Notes: generated from the sequence alone by a model not told the origin. A DNA stretch of 64,000 nucleotides from an uncultured Chloroflexia bacterium (GCA_963700285.1 CAVOXA010000014.1:256001-320000), one strand, 5' to 3'. Counted from the first letter of the stretch, positions 9,912 through 20,284 are shown. Made by a program: numbers and translations.

Positions 9912-12095
9912 TTGCCGACCATCAGCGATGTTGCACGGCAAGCAGATGTATCCCCAGCCACGGTTTCGCGTGTGATCCAGGGCGCCAGAAACGTGAACCC
10001 GGCAACGCGTGAACGGGTCGAGCATGCAATCGAGGAGCTGGGCTATGTCCCCAGCGCTGTGGCCCGGAGCCTCCGCTCCAAGCGCACCCGCTCCCTCGCC
10101 CTGGTCGTGTCCGACATCACCAACACCTTCTGGACAACCATCGCCCGCGGCGTCGAAGACGTAGCCCAACAGCATGGCTATTCCGTCCTCCTCTGCAACA
10201 CCGACGAAAACCTCTCCAAGCAGCAGCAGTATCTGGATTTGCTGATTGGCCAGCAGGTGGACGGCGTCATCATTGCGCCCTTTGACTCGGATGCCCAACA
10301 CCTCGACAAGTTGCGCAGGCGCAAGATCCCTACTGTGGTCATCGACCGTCGCATCGAGGGCTGGGACGTCGATTCGGTGAGCGGCGATTCGCTATCTGGC
10401 GCGCGAGCACTTGTGCGGCACCTGATCGGTCTGGGCCACAGGCGGATCGCCGTGGTATCCGGCCCGGCCATCACCTCCACGGCCGAGGATCGCGTTGCGG
10501 GCTACTGCATGGCCCTGGCCGAGGCAGGCATTGCCCTTGAGCCGCGGTTGATCAAGCGCGGAGAATACAGAAATGTCTCCGGCGAGACCCTGACCCACCA
10601 ATTGATGGACGAAGGGTCGCAACCGACGGCCATCTTTGCGGCAAACAATCTAATCGCCATGGGCGTCATCGATGCCCTGGAGAAGCGGGGATTGCGGGTT
10701 CCACAGGACATTGCCCTGGTCTCTTTCGACGACCTGCCCAATGCCTCCCACCTCTTTCCCTTTCTGACGGTCGTGGCGCAGCCCGTGTACGATATGGGGG
10801 TCAACGCTGCCCAATTGCTGCTCAGCCGGCTGGACGCGGAAGTGCCCCTACGCCCCAGGCAGGTGATCCTTCCCGTTCGCCTGATCGTACGTCACTCCTG
10901 CGGCAGCAGCCTGGCTGGAAACGGCCGCAGCCAGCTCAGTCTACCAATCCCGCCGAACGCAGCGGAGCGAAGCACGATGGTCAGGCCACTCAGCGACGAG
11001 GAACGGCGCGGTCTCTCGAGCTACCTGGTGGGGGTGGCAGCACAAGTCTCTAGCGGACTCCCACGACTGTCCGACTATGACAAGTCTGACGTCAGCCGCC
11101 TGTTGAAGGCACTTCAGCACCAGGTCGCGGACCGTGTACCGCACCTGGAGTTGACGGTAGACAGCCGGGCCGTATACGAATATGTATTGGAGCACGAACT
11201 GGAGCAGGGTCTGCAAGATGCCAATACCGGAGGGCTGTCGATCACCCCCGAGGATCACGTCGAGTTCGCCCTGCGGCTGGGCATGGACGCAGTCCCGTGC
11301 AGCTTTGACTGGCAACCCCGGAGCACCGCCCGTGAACCAGGCTCGCCCGGTGAGATCGAGCCTCCCCCTTCGCTGGCAGCCCAGATCAGTCACCTGGAAC
11401 GCTATCTGCGTGCCGTTCAGGGGACCCGGGTCGGCATCATCGCCCGGTTCAGCTCTTTTTTTGGCGCCGCCCTTCGTGCTGCAGGCATCATCGACGCACC
11501 GCAGCGCTATCTTGAGAACCGGTCGTCGACCCAAGATCTTATGGACACGCTGCTGGAGCGCCAGGAGCGCGTCATGCGCGCGATCTGCGATCGCTTTGCC
11601 GATGAACTGGCGCTGGTCATGGTCGATGAAGAGCTCGCCTTGAGCAGCATGCTAGCCATGGAGCCCGAGACCTTCATGTCCGTCTTTCCGCAGCGCATGG
11701 AGCGGCTGATCGCGCCCGCCAAGGACCACGGTAAGCTGTTGCTAATCCACACCAGGGACAAGCTGGCCCCGGTGCTGCCTATTTTGCACGAACTTGGCTT
11801 CAATGGGGTCCATCCCATCGAACCAGAATGCAACGATATTCTTGCGATCAAGCGGCAATGGGCCGGAAAGCTCGCACTCGTGGGAAACATTCCTACGCCT
11901 TTGCTGGCGCAAGGCAGCCAGGATCAGATCGAGCAGAGCGTGAAGGAACATTGCGTTCAGTTGGCTCTCGGCGGAGGATATGTATTGGGTTCCGCTGGCG
12001 GCATCACAGCCGAAATCCCGCCAGAAAGTTTCGTGGCCATGACGCGCGCCGTCCACAAGTACGGGCGTTTTGCGGCCCTGGGCCGAGAGACATGA
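9912..12095 (+). CDS. LacI-family regulator fused to a C-terminal UroD/MtaA-like (uroporphyrinogen decarboxylase fold) domain
   Basis: TISDVARQADVSPATVSRV HTH plus full sugar-binding domain ending LIVRHSC, then ALQHQVADRVP...HPIEPE...LVGNI...GGGYVLGS; TTG start after AGGAG. Confidence 0.85.
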   Translation: MPTISDVARQADVSPATVSRVIQGARNVNPATRERVEHAIEELGYVPSAVARSLRSKRTRSLALVVSDITNTFWTTIARGVEDVAQQHGYSVLLCNTDENLSKQQQYLDLLIGQQVDGVIIAPFDSDAQHLDKLRRRKIPTVVIDRRIEGWDVDSVSGDSLSGARALVRHLIGLGHRRIAVVSGPAITSTAEDRVAGYCMALAEAGIALEPRLIKRGEYRNVSGETLTHQLMDEGSQPTAIFAANNLIAMGVIDALEKRGLRVPQDIALVSFDDLPNASHLFPFLTVVAQPVYDMGVNAAQLLLSRLDAEVPLRPRQVILPVRLIVRHSCGSSLAGNGRSQLSLPIPPNAAERSTMVRPLSDEERRGLSSYLVGVAAQVSSGLPRLSDYDKSDVSRLLKALQHQVADRVPHLELTVDSRAVYEYVLEHELEQGLQDANTGGLSITPEDHVEFALRLGMDAVPCSFDWQPRSTAREPGSPGEIEPPPSLAAQISHLERYLRAVQGTRVGIIARFSSFFGAALRAAGIIDAPQRYLENRSSTQDLMDTLLERQERVMRAICDRFADELALVMVDEELALSSMLAMEPETFMSVFPQRMERLIAPAKDHGKLLLIHTRDKLAPVLPILHELGFNGVHPIEPECNDILAIKRQWAGKLALVGNIPTPLLAQGSQDQIEQSVKEHCVQLALGGGYVLGSAGGITAEIPPESFVAMTRAVHKYGRFAALGRET

Positions 12096-12471
12096 GGGCT
12101 GTGCGGAACATGCAGGGCTATGCCCGGCCAGGCCAGCGACCATTGAGGGGTCCATGGTGCGCTTTCACGAGGGCTCAGAATGGCGTAGGGGACAAGAAGC
12201 CCGTACGCGCCTTGCCCATGCTGCTGTCCAGAGTGCATGGCAGCGGGTGACGAAAGGGGGTGATAGCGAGCAAAGTAGCCGTCCTGACCGAGTTGGCCAG
12301 TACAAGCCACTGGCTTGTCCGGGAAGCGATGGCCATCGGAGTTGAGGGCTTGTCTCTGGCAGGTTCGTTTGGCACAAGGCAGATCCAGGGCAAGCGACCT
12401 AGACATTGGGGGCCTGGCACGAAACCCGCCCCCACAAGATCCGCACAACATAGAGTGAGGAGGAGGTTGTC

Positions 12472-14109
12472 ATGAAGAAGCTTTGGACAATGGTCGTACT
12501 ACTGGTAGTGATTGCCCTGCTGGCCGCCTGTGCGGCACCGGAGCCCGAGGTGGTCGAAAAGCTCGTCGAAAAGGTCGTCACCCAGGTAGTTGAGAAACAA
12601 GTCGAGGTCGAGAAGGTCGTCACCCAGGTGGTCGAGGTCGAGAAACAAGTCGAAAAAGTCGTCACCCAGGTGGTCGAGGTCGAAAAACAGGTCGAGGTGA
12701 CTGCCATGCCGGCGGCCAAGCCCTACGAGGGCGTGGAGATCAACGTCCTTACCTTCACCGGCCCGCAGATCGCCGAGCCGCTGCAGCGGCGCGGACCCGA
12801 CTTTGAGGCGTTGACGGGAGCCAAGGTCAACGTCATCATCGTGCCCTTCAGCGACCTGTATCAGAAGATCCTGACCGATGCAGCGACCGGGACCAACGCC
12901 TTTGACTCCTGGGTCTTTGCGCCCCAGTGGATGGTCGACTTTATCGTCCCGGGGTACGTCGAGGATCTGACCGATCGCATTGCCAATGATCCGGCCCTCC
13001 AGTGGGAGGATGTCGCACCTTTCTTCCGCGACTTTAGCGCCTCCTACGAAGGCCACATCTACACCATCCCGCTGGACGGCGATTTCCACATGGGCTACTA
13101 CCGCACCGACCTGATCGATTCGCCGCCGGCAACCTGGGATGACTACCTGGCCCTCTCCGCCGAATGGCACGGCAAGGATCTCAATGGAGACGGCGACCCA
13201 GACTATGGTTCCTGCATCTCCAAAAAGCGCGGCGCCCAGGCCTACTGGTTCATCACGGACATCGCCGCGTCGATGATCCAGACCCAGGGCACAGGCCAAG
13301 GTGCATTCTTTGACCTGGAGACCATGGAACCCCTGGTGAATAACGAAGCCTTTGCCAAAGCGCTGGAGATCTACAACGAGACGACCCAGTACGGCCCGCC
13401 CGACGAGTTGAATCTGGACGTGGGTGACACCCGCAGCCTCTTCACCTCGGGCCGTTGCGCCCTCTCGCTGGACTGGGGCGACATCGGCACGCTGGCCATC
13501 GATCCTGATACCTCGGTGGTCCAGGACAAGACGGGGGCCTATATTCTACCGGGTTCCACAGAGGTGCTGGATCGCGCAACGGGCGCGCTGGTACCCTGTG
13601 ACGAGAACACCTGCCCCTACGCCATCGACGGCGTGAACCACGCGCCCTTTGCGGCCTATGGCGGCTGGTCCGGCGGCATCAATGCAGGCGCCGACGACCT
13701 GGTCAAGGATGCGGCCTACGACTTTTTCTCCTACATGGCCCAGCCAGCCCAGGCCAACGTCGACGTCACCATCGGCAAGACCGGCTACAATCCCTACCGA
13801 ACCTCCCAGTTCCTCAACCGGCAGGCTTGGGTGGAGGCGGGTATGAGCCCTGAGGCGGCCAGCAACTATCTGGGCGCCATCGAGGGCAGTCTGGCCAGCC
13901 CCAACATGGTTCTCGACCTGCGCATCCCGCAGAACCAGCGCTACCAGCAGGTCGTCCTCGATCAGGCCGTCAGCCAGTACCTGGCCGGCGAGATCGGCCT
14001 GGAAGAAGCCATGCAGCAGATCTATGACGGGTGGGAAGAGATAACCGAGGAACTTGGACGTGCGGAACAGCTCGCAGCCTATCGTGGAACTCTCGGCGTG
14101 GAAAAATAG
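12472..14109 (+). CDS. sugar ABC transporter substrate-binding lipoprotein
   Basis: Lipobox LLAAC, EKVVTQVVE repeat stalk, YYRTDL...PPATWDDY, GGWSGGI. Confidence 0.93.
   Translation: MKKLWTMVVLLVVIALLAACAAPEPEVVEKLVEKVVTQVVEKQVEVEKVVTQVVEVEKQVEKVVTQVVEVEKQVEVTAMPAAKPYEGVEINVLTFTGPQIAEPLQRRGPDFEALTGAKVNVIIVPFSDLYQKILTDAATGTNAFDSWVFAPQWMVDFIVPGYVEDLTDRIANDPALQWEDVAPFFRDFSASYEGHIYTIPLDGDFHMGYYRTDLIDSPPATWDDYLALSAEWHGKDLNGDGDPDYGSCISKKRGAQAYWFITDIAASMIQTQGTGQGAFFDLETMEPLVNNEAFAKALEIYNETTQYGPPDELNLDVGDTRSLFTSGRCALSLDWGDIGTLAIDPDTSVVQDKTGAYILPGSTEVLDRATGALVPCDENTCPYAIDGVNHAPFAAYGGWSGGINAGADDLVKDAAYDFFSYMAQPAQANVDVTIGKTGYNPYRTSQFLNRQAWVEAGMSPEAASNYLGAIEGSLASPNMVLDLRIPQNQRYQQVVLDQAVSQYLAGEIGLEEAMQQIYDGWEEITEELGRAEQLAAYRGTLGVEK
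12547..12700 (+). repeat. coding repeats EKVVTQVVE(VE)KQV x3
   Basis: gtcgtcacccaggt repeated three times with gtcgag/gaaaa units. Confidence 0.8.
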
Positions 14110-14134
14110 GCTCGTTGAGTCGAATAGATGATCT

Positions 14135-14165
14135 CAAGGCCCGGCCCGTTCTGGGCCGGGCCTTG
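14135..14165 (+). other. intercistronic 13-bp hairpin after the binding-protein gene (mRNA stabiliser or partial terminator)
   Basis: caaggcccggccc-gttct-gggccgggccttg; no U tract. Confidence 0.65.
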
Positions 14166-14193
14166 GATGCCGAGACGCGAGGAGGGAGGGAAC

Positions 14194-15288
14194 ATGCGCA
14201 GACGGTCAGGATGGTCAGACAGGGTGGCTGGCAACGTCTTTATCCTACCAGCCGTTCTGGTCGTGCTAGTGCTTGCCATCTTTCCTCTGTTGGTCTCGCT
14301 TTATATGTCACTCACCCGCTTCAAGTTCGTCAAGGGCGGGTTCGAATTCAAATGGGTGGGCCTGGCCAACTTTGAGAGGCTGCTTCTCGGCAGCGAGCAG
14401 AGCCACTTTCTCGGCAAGTTGTCCAGCCCGTCGCCCCTCGGCTGGGTGATCTTGGGAGTGGTAGCCGGGTCGCTGCTCTACGGGCTGCTGCGTTATTTCC
14501 GCAGCGGGCAGATCTCTGTGGTGGGCTCAGTCGGTCGCTTCTTCGTCTCGATCCTGGCCCTCCTGAGCACGTACCTCATTGTCGCCACGCTCAGCCCAGG
14601 AGGCAGGCCAGGCACACTGGTCGTTACCTGGATCTATGTCTTTGTCGGCATCGCCATCCAGTACTGCTTGGGTCTGGGCCTGGCATTGCTGGTCACCCAG
14701 AAACTGCCGGGCAGGCGCTTCTTCCGCGTCGTTTTTTTGCTGCCAATGATGATCACACCGGTGGGCGTCGCCTACCTGTTCCGCATGTTGACCGACACGG
14801 ACAAGGGGCCCTTGCAGCCGATCTGGCAGGCCATGGGACTGGGGCTTTATTCCTGGGTCAACGATCCCTGGGGCGCACGGGTGGCGGTCATGCTGGGAGA
14901 CATCTGGCAGTGGACGCCCTTCATGTTTATCGTGTTGCTGGCTGCCCTGGAGGCCCAGTCAGTGGAACAGATCGAAGCCGCGCTGGTCGACGGGGCCAAC
15001 CGCTGGCAGCTTTTCTGGCGCATCACCTTCCCCCAGATCCTGCCAGTGACCACCACCCTCGTCTTGATCCGCATGATCGAGGCCTTCAAGATCGTTGACC
15101 TGCCCAACGTGCTGACCAACGGCGGGCCAGGCACGGCAACGGAATCATTGACACTGCAATCGTTTATCGCCTGGCGCTCGCTAAACCTGGGGGGCTCGGC
15201 GGCTGTAGCCTACATGTTGCTTTTTGTCGTGACCATTATTGGGATCGCATACGTCAATATCCTGCGGCCCAACATCGTGGAGGGCTAG
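14194..15288 (+). CDS. sugar ABC transporter permease (MalF-like)
   Basis: LLPMMITPV, DIWQWTPF, EAALVDGANRWQLFWRITFP (EAA loop). Confidence 0.93.
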   Translation: MRRRSGWSDRVAGNVFILPAVLVVLVLAIFPLLVSLYMSLTRFKFVKGGFEFKWVGLANFERLLLGSEQSHFLGKLSSPSPLGWVILGVVAGSLLYGLLRYFRSGQISVVGSVGRFFVSILALLSTYLIVATLSPGGRPGTLVVTWIYVFVGIAIQYCLGLGLALLVTQKLPGRRFFRVVFLLPMMITPVGVAYLFRMLTDTDKGPLQPIWQAMGLGLYSWVNDPWGARVAVMLGDIWQWTPFMFIVLLAALEAQSVEQIEAALVDGANRWQLFWRITFPQILPVTTTLVLIRMIEAFKIVDLPNVLTNGGPGTATESLTLQSFIAWRSLNLGGSAAVAYMLLFVVTIIGIAYVNILRPNIVEG

Positions 15289-15292
15289 GGGC

Positions 15293-16324
15293 ATGAGAAG
15301 CCAACTGTTCGCCCGCAAGTCGATACATGAGCCATCTCCCTTCGGCAGGGCGGTATCCTACCTGCTTCTGGGCCTCTGGACCCTGGTCGTACTCTTTCCG
15401 CTATACTGGCTGCTTGTCACATCCTTCAAGCTGCCCATCGACGTCAACATGGGCCCATTCTACATCCCCTTCGTGGACTTTCAGCCTTCGCTGCATGCCT
15501 GGGAGTATATTACCGTCGGCGATCTCAGCCGCGATACGTGGCGGCCCTACCTCAATACCGTCATTGTGGCTCTATTCAGCGCCTCGCTGGCCCTGATACT
15601 GGGAACGGCCGCGGCCTATGGCCTGACCCGCTTTGAATACCGGCCCAAAGTTGGCGCCGTCCTGGTCTTTCTCGGCTGTCTGGCCCTGGTTGTCGTCATG
15701 GTCAGTTTGGGGACGCCGTGGCCGATCGCGCTCGTCGCCGGCATTGCCCTCTTTGCCATCCTGCTGAACACCATCGCCAAACGCTCTGGAAAGAGCCTGG
15801 GGAATGCCGACATCGCTTTCTGGCTCATCTCCCAGAGGATGCTGCCTCCGGTGGCGGTGGTTATCCCCATCTATGTCTTTTTCCAGCAGCTGAGACTGCT
15901 GGATACACGCACCGGCCTGATCATCACCTACCTGGCTATCAACCTGCCCATTGTGATCTGGCTGATGCGCGACTATTTCCTGACGATCCCAAAAGAGATC
16001 GAGGAATGCGCCGCCGTGGATGGCGCCTCGCGCTACCGAACCTTTTGGTCCATCGTGCTGCCCATATCGCTGCCGGGCCTGGTGGCTACTTTCCTGTTCG
16101 TGCTTGTCTTCTGCTGGAATGAGTACCTACTGGCACTGTTTCTCTCCGGGGCCAAAGCTCAAACCATGCCGCTGGTCGTTGCCGCGCAGAACGCCACCCG
16201 CGGTCCGCAGTGGTGGTACATGTCGGTGCTTATCTTGATCATGATCGCGCCTGTCATCATCATGGCCATCTTCCTGGAGCGCTTTATCGCGCGCGGCCTG
16301 TTGGTCGGAGCGGTCAAGGGCTGA
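15293..16324 (+). CDS. sugar ABC transporter permease (MalG-like)
   Basis: RMLPPVAVVIP, EECAAVDGAS, WNEYLLA, GAVKG C-terminus. Confidence 0.93.
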   Translation: MRSQLFARKSIHEPSPFGRAVSYLLLGLWTLVVLFPLYWLLVTSFKLPIDVNMGPFYIPFVDFQPSLHAWEYITVGDLSRDTWRPYLNTVIVALFSASLALILGTAAAYGLTRFEYRPKVGAVLVFLGCLALVVVMVSLGTPWPIALVAGIALFAILLNTIAKRSGKSLGNADIAFWLISQRMLPPVAVVIPIYVFFQQLRLLDTRTGLIITYLAINLPIVIWLMRDYFLTIPKEIEECAAVDGASRYRTFWSIVLPISLPGLVATFLFVLVFCWNEYLLALFLSGAKAQTMPLVVAAQNATRGPQWWYMSVLILIMIAPVIIMAIFLERFIARGLLVGAVKG

Positions 16325-16405
16325 GAAGCACGCTACTTCTGCGCAGTCCGCTAGCGGACGTACGGACCCTCGCCGTATCTTGCAGAAAGAGAGGAGAAAG
16401 GGTAC

Positions 16406-17494
16406 ATGAACTCCATCAGAGTCGCATTGCGTAAAGACTGGTTCACGGAAAGGGAGCGGATGCTGGTCGACTCTGGCATCTTGAAAGCAACCATCTTTCT
16501 GTACGAAAGTGGAGTACATGCCGTCAAACTGGCGAATGAGCATGGACACATCATCGTGCTCCCCTACAAGGGGCAACAGATATGGAACGCCTTTTTTCGC
16601 GGGCGATACCTGAATATGAAGACGATGTACCATGAACCCAAGAACGCCGACCATTTCCTTGACACCTATGGCTGTTTCCTAATGCACTGCGGCCCCCTGC
16701 GCATGGGCTGCCCTGGACCTGAGGACAACCACGTTCTTCACGGCGACCTCCCGTATGCCAACTATGACGAAGCGGCACTTGAAATAGGCGAGGATGAGCA
16801 GGGTCCTTACATGGGTATCACAGGTCTGTTTGACTATAACAGAGCCTTCGGAGAAAAGTACCAGGCCCGTCCCCTGGTCAAGCTCCATGCAGGCTCATCG
16901 CTCGTTGATATCTCCATGGAAGTTCAGAACCGATCCCACTATCCAATGGAACTGATGTACATGTGTCATGTCAACTTCCACCCGGTCGACTATGGAAGAA
17001 TCGTCCAGAGTGTGGATTGGACAAGAGAATGCATGCAGGTTCGGACGGTCATTCCCGAACACGTGGAGGCATCGCCAGATTTCGTCGATTTCCTTGGCAA
17101 ACTGGAAATGGACCCAAAGCGCACCGAGATCATTCGACCCGAGGACGAGTATGATCCCGAAATTGCGTTCTTTGTGCACGCTCCAAAGGTGGATCCAAGC
17201 GGCTGGGCACACTTTATGCAGGTGCATCCCGACAAGTCGGCTGATTACATCAGGTACAAACCGGAAGAGCTCGATCACAACACGCGCTGGATATCAAGAA
17301 CAGCGGATCAAGCAGGGTTAGGTCTGGCGCTGCCTGCCACCTGTGATCCCGAGGGCTACACGGCCGAAAAGAGGAAAGGAAACATCAAAGAGATCCAAGC
17401 CAGGACCAGCGTCTCATTCTCTGTGGTGGCAGGCCATCTCCAGGAATCAGAAGCGAAAGAGATGGAACAGCTCATCAAAGATCTGGTCGCCTGA
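16406..17494 (+). CDS. aldose 1-epimerase family / DUF4432 protein (DeoM/DeoX-like mutarotase)
   Basis: GQQIW, TYGCFLMHCG, GCPGPED, LHGDLP, YMCHVNF, LPATCDPEG. Confidence 0.78.
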   Translation: MNSIRVALRKDWFTERERMLVDSGILKATIFLYESGVHAVKLANEHGHIIVLPYKGQQIWNAFFRGRYLNMKTMYHEPKNADHFLDTYGCFLMHCGPLRMGCPGPEDNHVLHGDLPYANYDEAALEIGEDEQGPYMGITGLFDYNRAFGEKYQARPLVKLHAGSSLVDISMEVQNRSHYPMELMYMCHVNFHPVDYGRIVQSVDWTRECMQVRTVIPEHVEASPDFVDFLGKLEMDPKRTEIIRPEDEYDPEIAFFVHAPKVDPSGWAHFMQVHPDKSADYIRYKPEELDHNTRWISRTADQAGLGLALPATCDPEGYTAEKRKGNIKEIQARTSVSFSVVAGHLQESEAKEMEQLIKDLVA

Positions 17495-17561
17495 GAAGAG
17501 GTGAAGGGTAGCCATCGCCGTTTATCGAGAGGCAAACGCAGATAGACTTGCAAGGAGGTGC

Positions 17562-18332
17562 ATGATGTCGGGGGGAATCAAGGTGCTGTTTGCAGGTGAG
17601 GCGATATACACGCTGCAGACCATCTACAAGGGCAGAAACTCGTTCAGCATGGGGCGCTACTTCGAACATGGTCAGTACTTTGTCAAAGCCCTGGAGGACA
17701 ATGACATCGATTTCGACTACTGCCCAACGAACCTGGTTGCTGAGCAGTTCCCATGGACCTTGCAGGAGATGAAGGCGTACGATGTCATCGTTGTCAGTGA
17801 TGTGGGATCTGACACCTTCCTGATCTCACAGCGAACTATGGAAGGTGAAAGGACACCCAATAGGCTGCAGCTCCTGGAGCAGTATGTGGCCGAAGGTGGT
17901 GGCTTCCTGATGTGGGGAGGGTATCTCTCCTTCACGGGCATACATGGCAAGGCATTCTACAAAAGGACACCCATCGAGAAACTGCTACCGGTGAATCTGA
18001 TGGAGACTGATGACCGGGTTGAGGTCCCGGAAGGCTTCTTGCCGGCAATCGTCGAGAACGATCATCCCATCCTGAACGGGGTACCGGAGCCGTGGGAAGG
18101 CTACTTTCTCTCCTATAACAGGTTGATTCCCAAGGCTGGGGCTACGGTCGTTGCCGTGATTGAGGAATATGACAACGACCCGTTCCTGGCGGTGTGGGAT
18201 TATGGTCAAGGCAGGTCCCTGGCATCTGCCGTAGATTGTGCTTACCATGGTGCGGCTCCACCCTTCTTGAATTGGGAGTGTACAAGCCAGTTGTACGGAA
18301 ACATGGTGAGATGGTGCGCCAAGCAGATTTAG
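17562..18332 (+). CDS. DUF1355 / GATase1-like putative glutamine amidotransferase
   Basis: KVLFAGE, FPWTLQEMKAYDVIVVSDVG, GGGFLMWGGYLSF, DDRVEVPEG. Confidence 0.82.
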   Translation: MMSGGIKVLFAGEAIYTLQTIYKGRNSFSMGRYFEHGQYFVKALEDNDIDFDYCPTNLVAEQFPWTLQEMKAYDVIVVSDVGSDTFLISQRTMEGERTPNRLQLLEQYVAEGGGFLMWGGYLSFTGIHGKAFYKRTPIEKLLPVNLMETDDRVEVPEGFLPAIVENDHPILNGVPEPWEGYFLSYNRLIPKAGATVVAVIEEYDNDPFLAVWDYGQGRSLASAVDCAYHGAAPPFLNWECTSQLYGNMVRWCAKQI

Positions 18333-18452
18333 CCTCCGAGCTTTCTTCACGGGTGCTAGACGCCGAGGACCCTAAAATCCTTGGACTCTGACATAGATTG
18401 AGGACATTCGAGAGATCCCCAGTCGCTGTTAGGATTAGTTGGGAGGCGTGAG

Positions 18453-19973
18453 TTGACTTGTAGCGGTTTCATTCTGGCGCACGATCTCGGAACGACCGGG
18501 AATAAGGCCTCTCTGTTTGATGCCACCGGATCGGCCGTCGCCGCCACCTTTTCATCCTACGCGACAGCCTACCCACATCCCAACTGGGCCGAGCAGGACC
18601 CGGCTGACTGGTGGAGAGCGGTGCGCGATTCGACCCTGGAGCTCTTGGCCACCGCCGATTTGCCGCCGGCCGAGATTGCCGTCATCAGCTTCAGTGGCAT
18701 GATGAACGGTATGCTGCCCGTGGATGTGGAGGGCACTCCCCTACGCCCGGCCATCATCTGGGCTGACCTGCGGGCAACGGCCGAGGCTGACACCTTGGCC
18801 GAGCGCTGCGGCTTTGAGGAGGTCTACCGCCGGACAGGCCACCGCCCTGGCGCGTCCTACACGGCGGCCAAGATGCTGTGGCTCCGGAGCCACCAGCCCG
18901 ACCTTTACGCCCGCACCTTCCGCGTTCTCCAGGCGAAGGATTATGTCGCTCACAGACTGAGTGGCGCCTTTGCCACAGATTACTCGGATGCCTCCAGCAC
19001 CAATCTCTTTGACCTGGAGCAGCGAGACTGGGCCGTCGACATTATCGAGGCGGTGGACCTAGACCCGGAGAAACTGCCGCCAGCCCTCCCCTCCAGCACG
19101 GTCATCGGCCAGGTGACGCGGGAGGCCGCCGCTGAGACCGGTCTGCTGGCTGGCACGCCGGTCGTCATCGGCGGCGGCGATGGCGCCTGCGCCACCGTCG
19201 GTGCCGGTTCCGTCAAGCCGGGCGACGCCTACAATTATGTCGGATCCTCGTCCTGGATCGCCGTGACCTCGGAACAACCGCTCCACGACCCGCAAATGAG
19301 GACCTTTACCTTCGCCCATCTAGACCCAGCGCTCTATTTTCCCACGGGTACGATGCAATGCGCTGGCGGCTCCTTTGATTGGCTGGAGCGGTTGCTGCGC
19401 GACGAGGGCAGCGACAAGCTATACGACGAACTGGGCACGGCGGCAGCAATGGTCAAGCCGGGAGCGAATGGGTTGCTCTTCCTGCCTTACCTCATTGGTG
19501 AGCGAAGTCCCCATTGGAACCCGTTGGCCCGGGGGGCATTCGTGGGGCTGACCATGACCCACGGCCGCCCCGAGATGGCCCGCGCGGTGATGGAGGGGGT
19601 GGCCCTGAATCTAAGGATGATCCTCGATGCCTTCCAGGGGCAAGGTGCCGGCATCGAGGCCATGCGCCTCATCGGCGGTGGTGCGCGGAGCCCGCTGTGG
19701 CGGCAGATCCTGGCCGACGCTTACGGCTTGGCGATCCTGCGGCCCGAACTCCTGGCCGAGGCCACCTCGTTGGGTGCGGCCATCGCCGGAGGCATCGGTG
19801 TTGGCCTGTTCACCGACTATAGCATAGCCCATGAGTTCGTCCAGGTGGAGCCCGGTGAGCAACCCGATCCTGGCCGTAGCCAGCAGTACGCCCGCTTGCT
19901 CGAACTGTTCCAGCGTACCTATGCCCTTTTGGAACCAGTCTTTGAGGATCTGGCCGGCATTGAGCAGCATTGA
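18453..19973 (+). CDS. xylB: FGGY family sugar kinase, xylulokinase-like (substrate uncertain)
   Basis: HDLGTTGNK, EQDPADWW, GGGDG, FLPYLIGERSPHW, RAVMEGV, IGGGARS. Confidence 0.85.
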   Translation: MTCSGFILAHDLGTTGNKASLFDATGSAVAATFSSYATAYPHPNWAEQDPADWWRAVRDSTLELLATADLPPAEIAVISFSGMMNGMLPVDVEGTPLRPAIIWADLRATAEADTLAERCGFEEVYRRTGHRPGASYTAAKMLWLRSHQPDLYARTFRVLQAKDYVAHRLSGAFATDYSDASSTNLFDLEQRDWAVDIIEAVDLDPEKLPPALPSSTVIGQVTREAAAETGLLAGTPVVIGGGDGACATVGAGSVKPGDAYNYVGSSSWIAVTSEQPLHDPQMRTFTFAHLDPALYFPTGTMQCAGGSFDWLERLLRDEGSDKLYDELGTAAAMVKPGANGLLFLPYLIGERSPHWNPLARGAFVGLTMTHGRPEMARAVMEGVALNLRMILDAFQGQGAGIEAMRLIGGGARSPLWRQILADAYGLAILRPELLAEATSLGAAIAGGIGVGLFTDYSIAHEFVQVEPGEQPDPGRSQQYARLLELFQRTYALLEPVFEDLAGIEQH

Positions 19974-20284
19974 GGGTATCTTTCCCTGCGTTACCGGGGG
20001 TGGCCATGCCGTCAGGGCTCACAAATCCTTCGGCAGGGGCACCATGAGCGATACGCCGGCTTCCAGGTCAGGTTTTCCGAACCACGCGGCTGCAGCGACA
20101 TGGGCGTGCGGATGAGTATGCCGATCTTTGACCCATCCTTTGACCAGGAGGTCGCGTTCTTGTCGACTGCTGAGATCGGCGCAATGAAGCCGGATGAAGC
20201 AGCAGCCGCGGCTGAGAGAACCGGCCCGATCTGGCGAATGGAGCTGGTACTGTTCCGGCGCTGCGCGATAGATAGAAGCCATCT

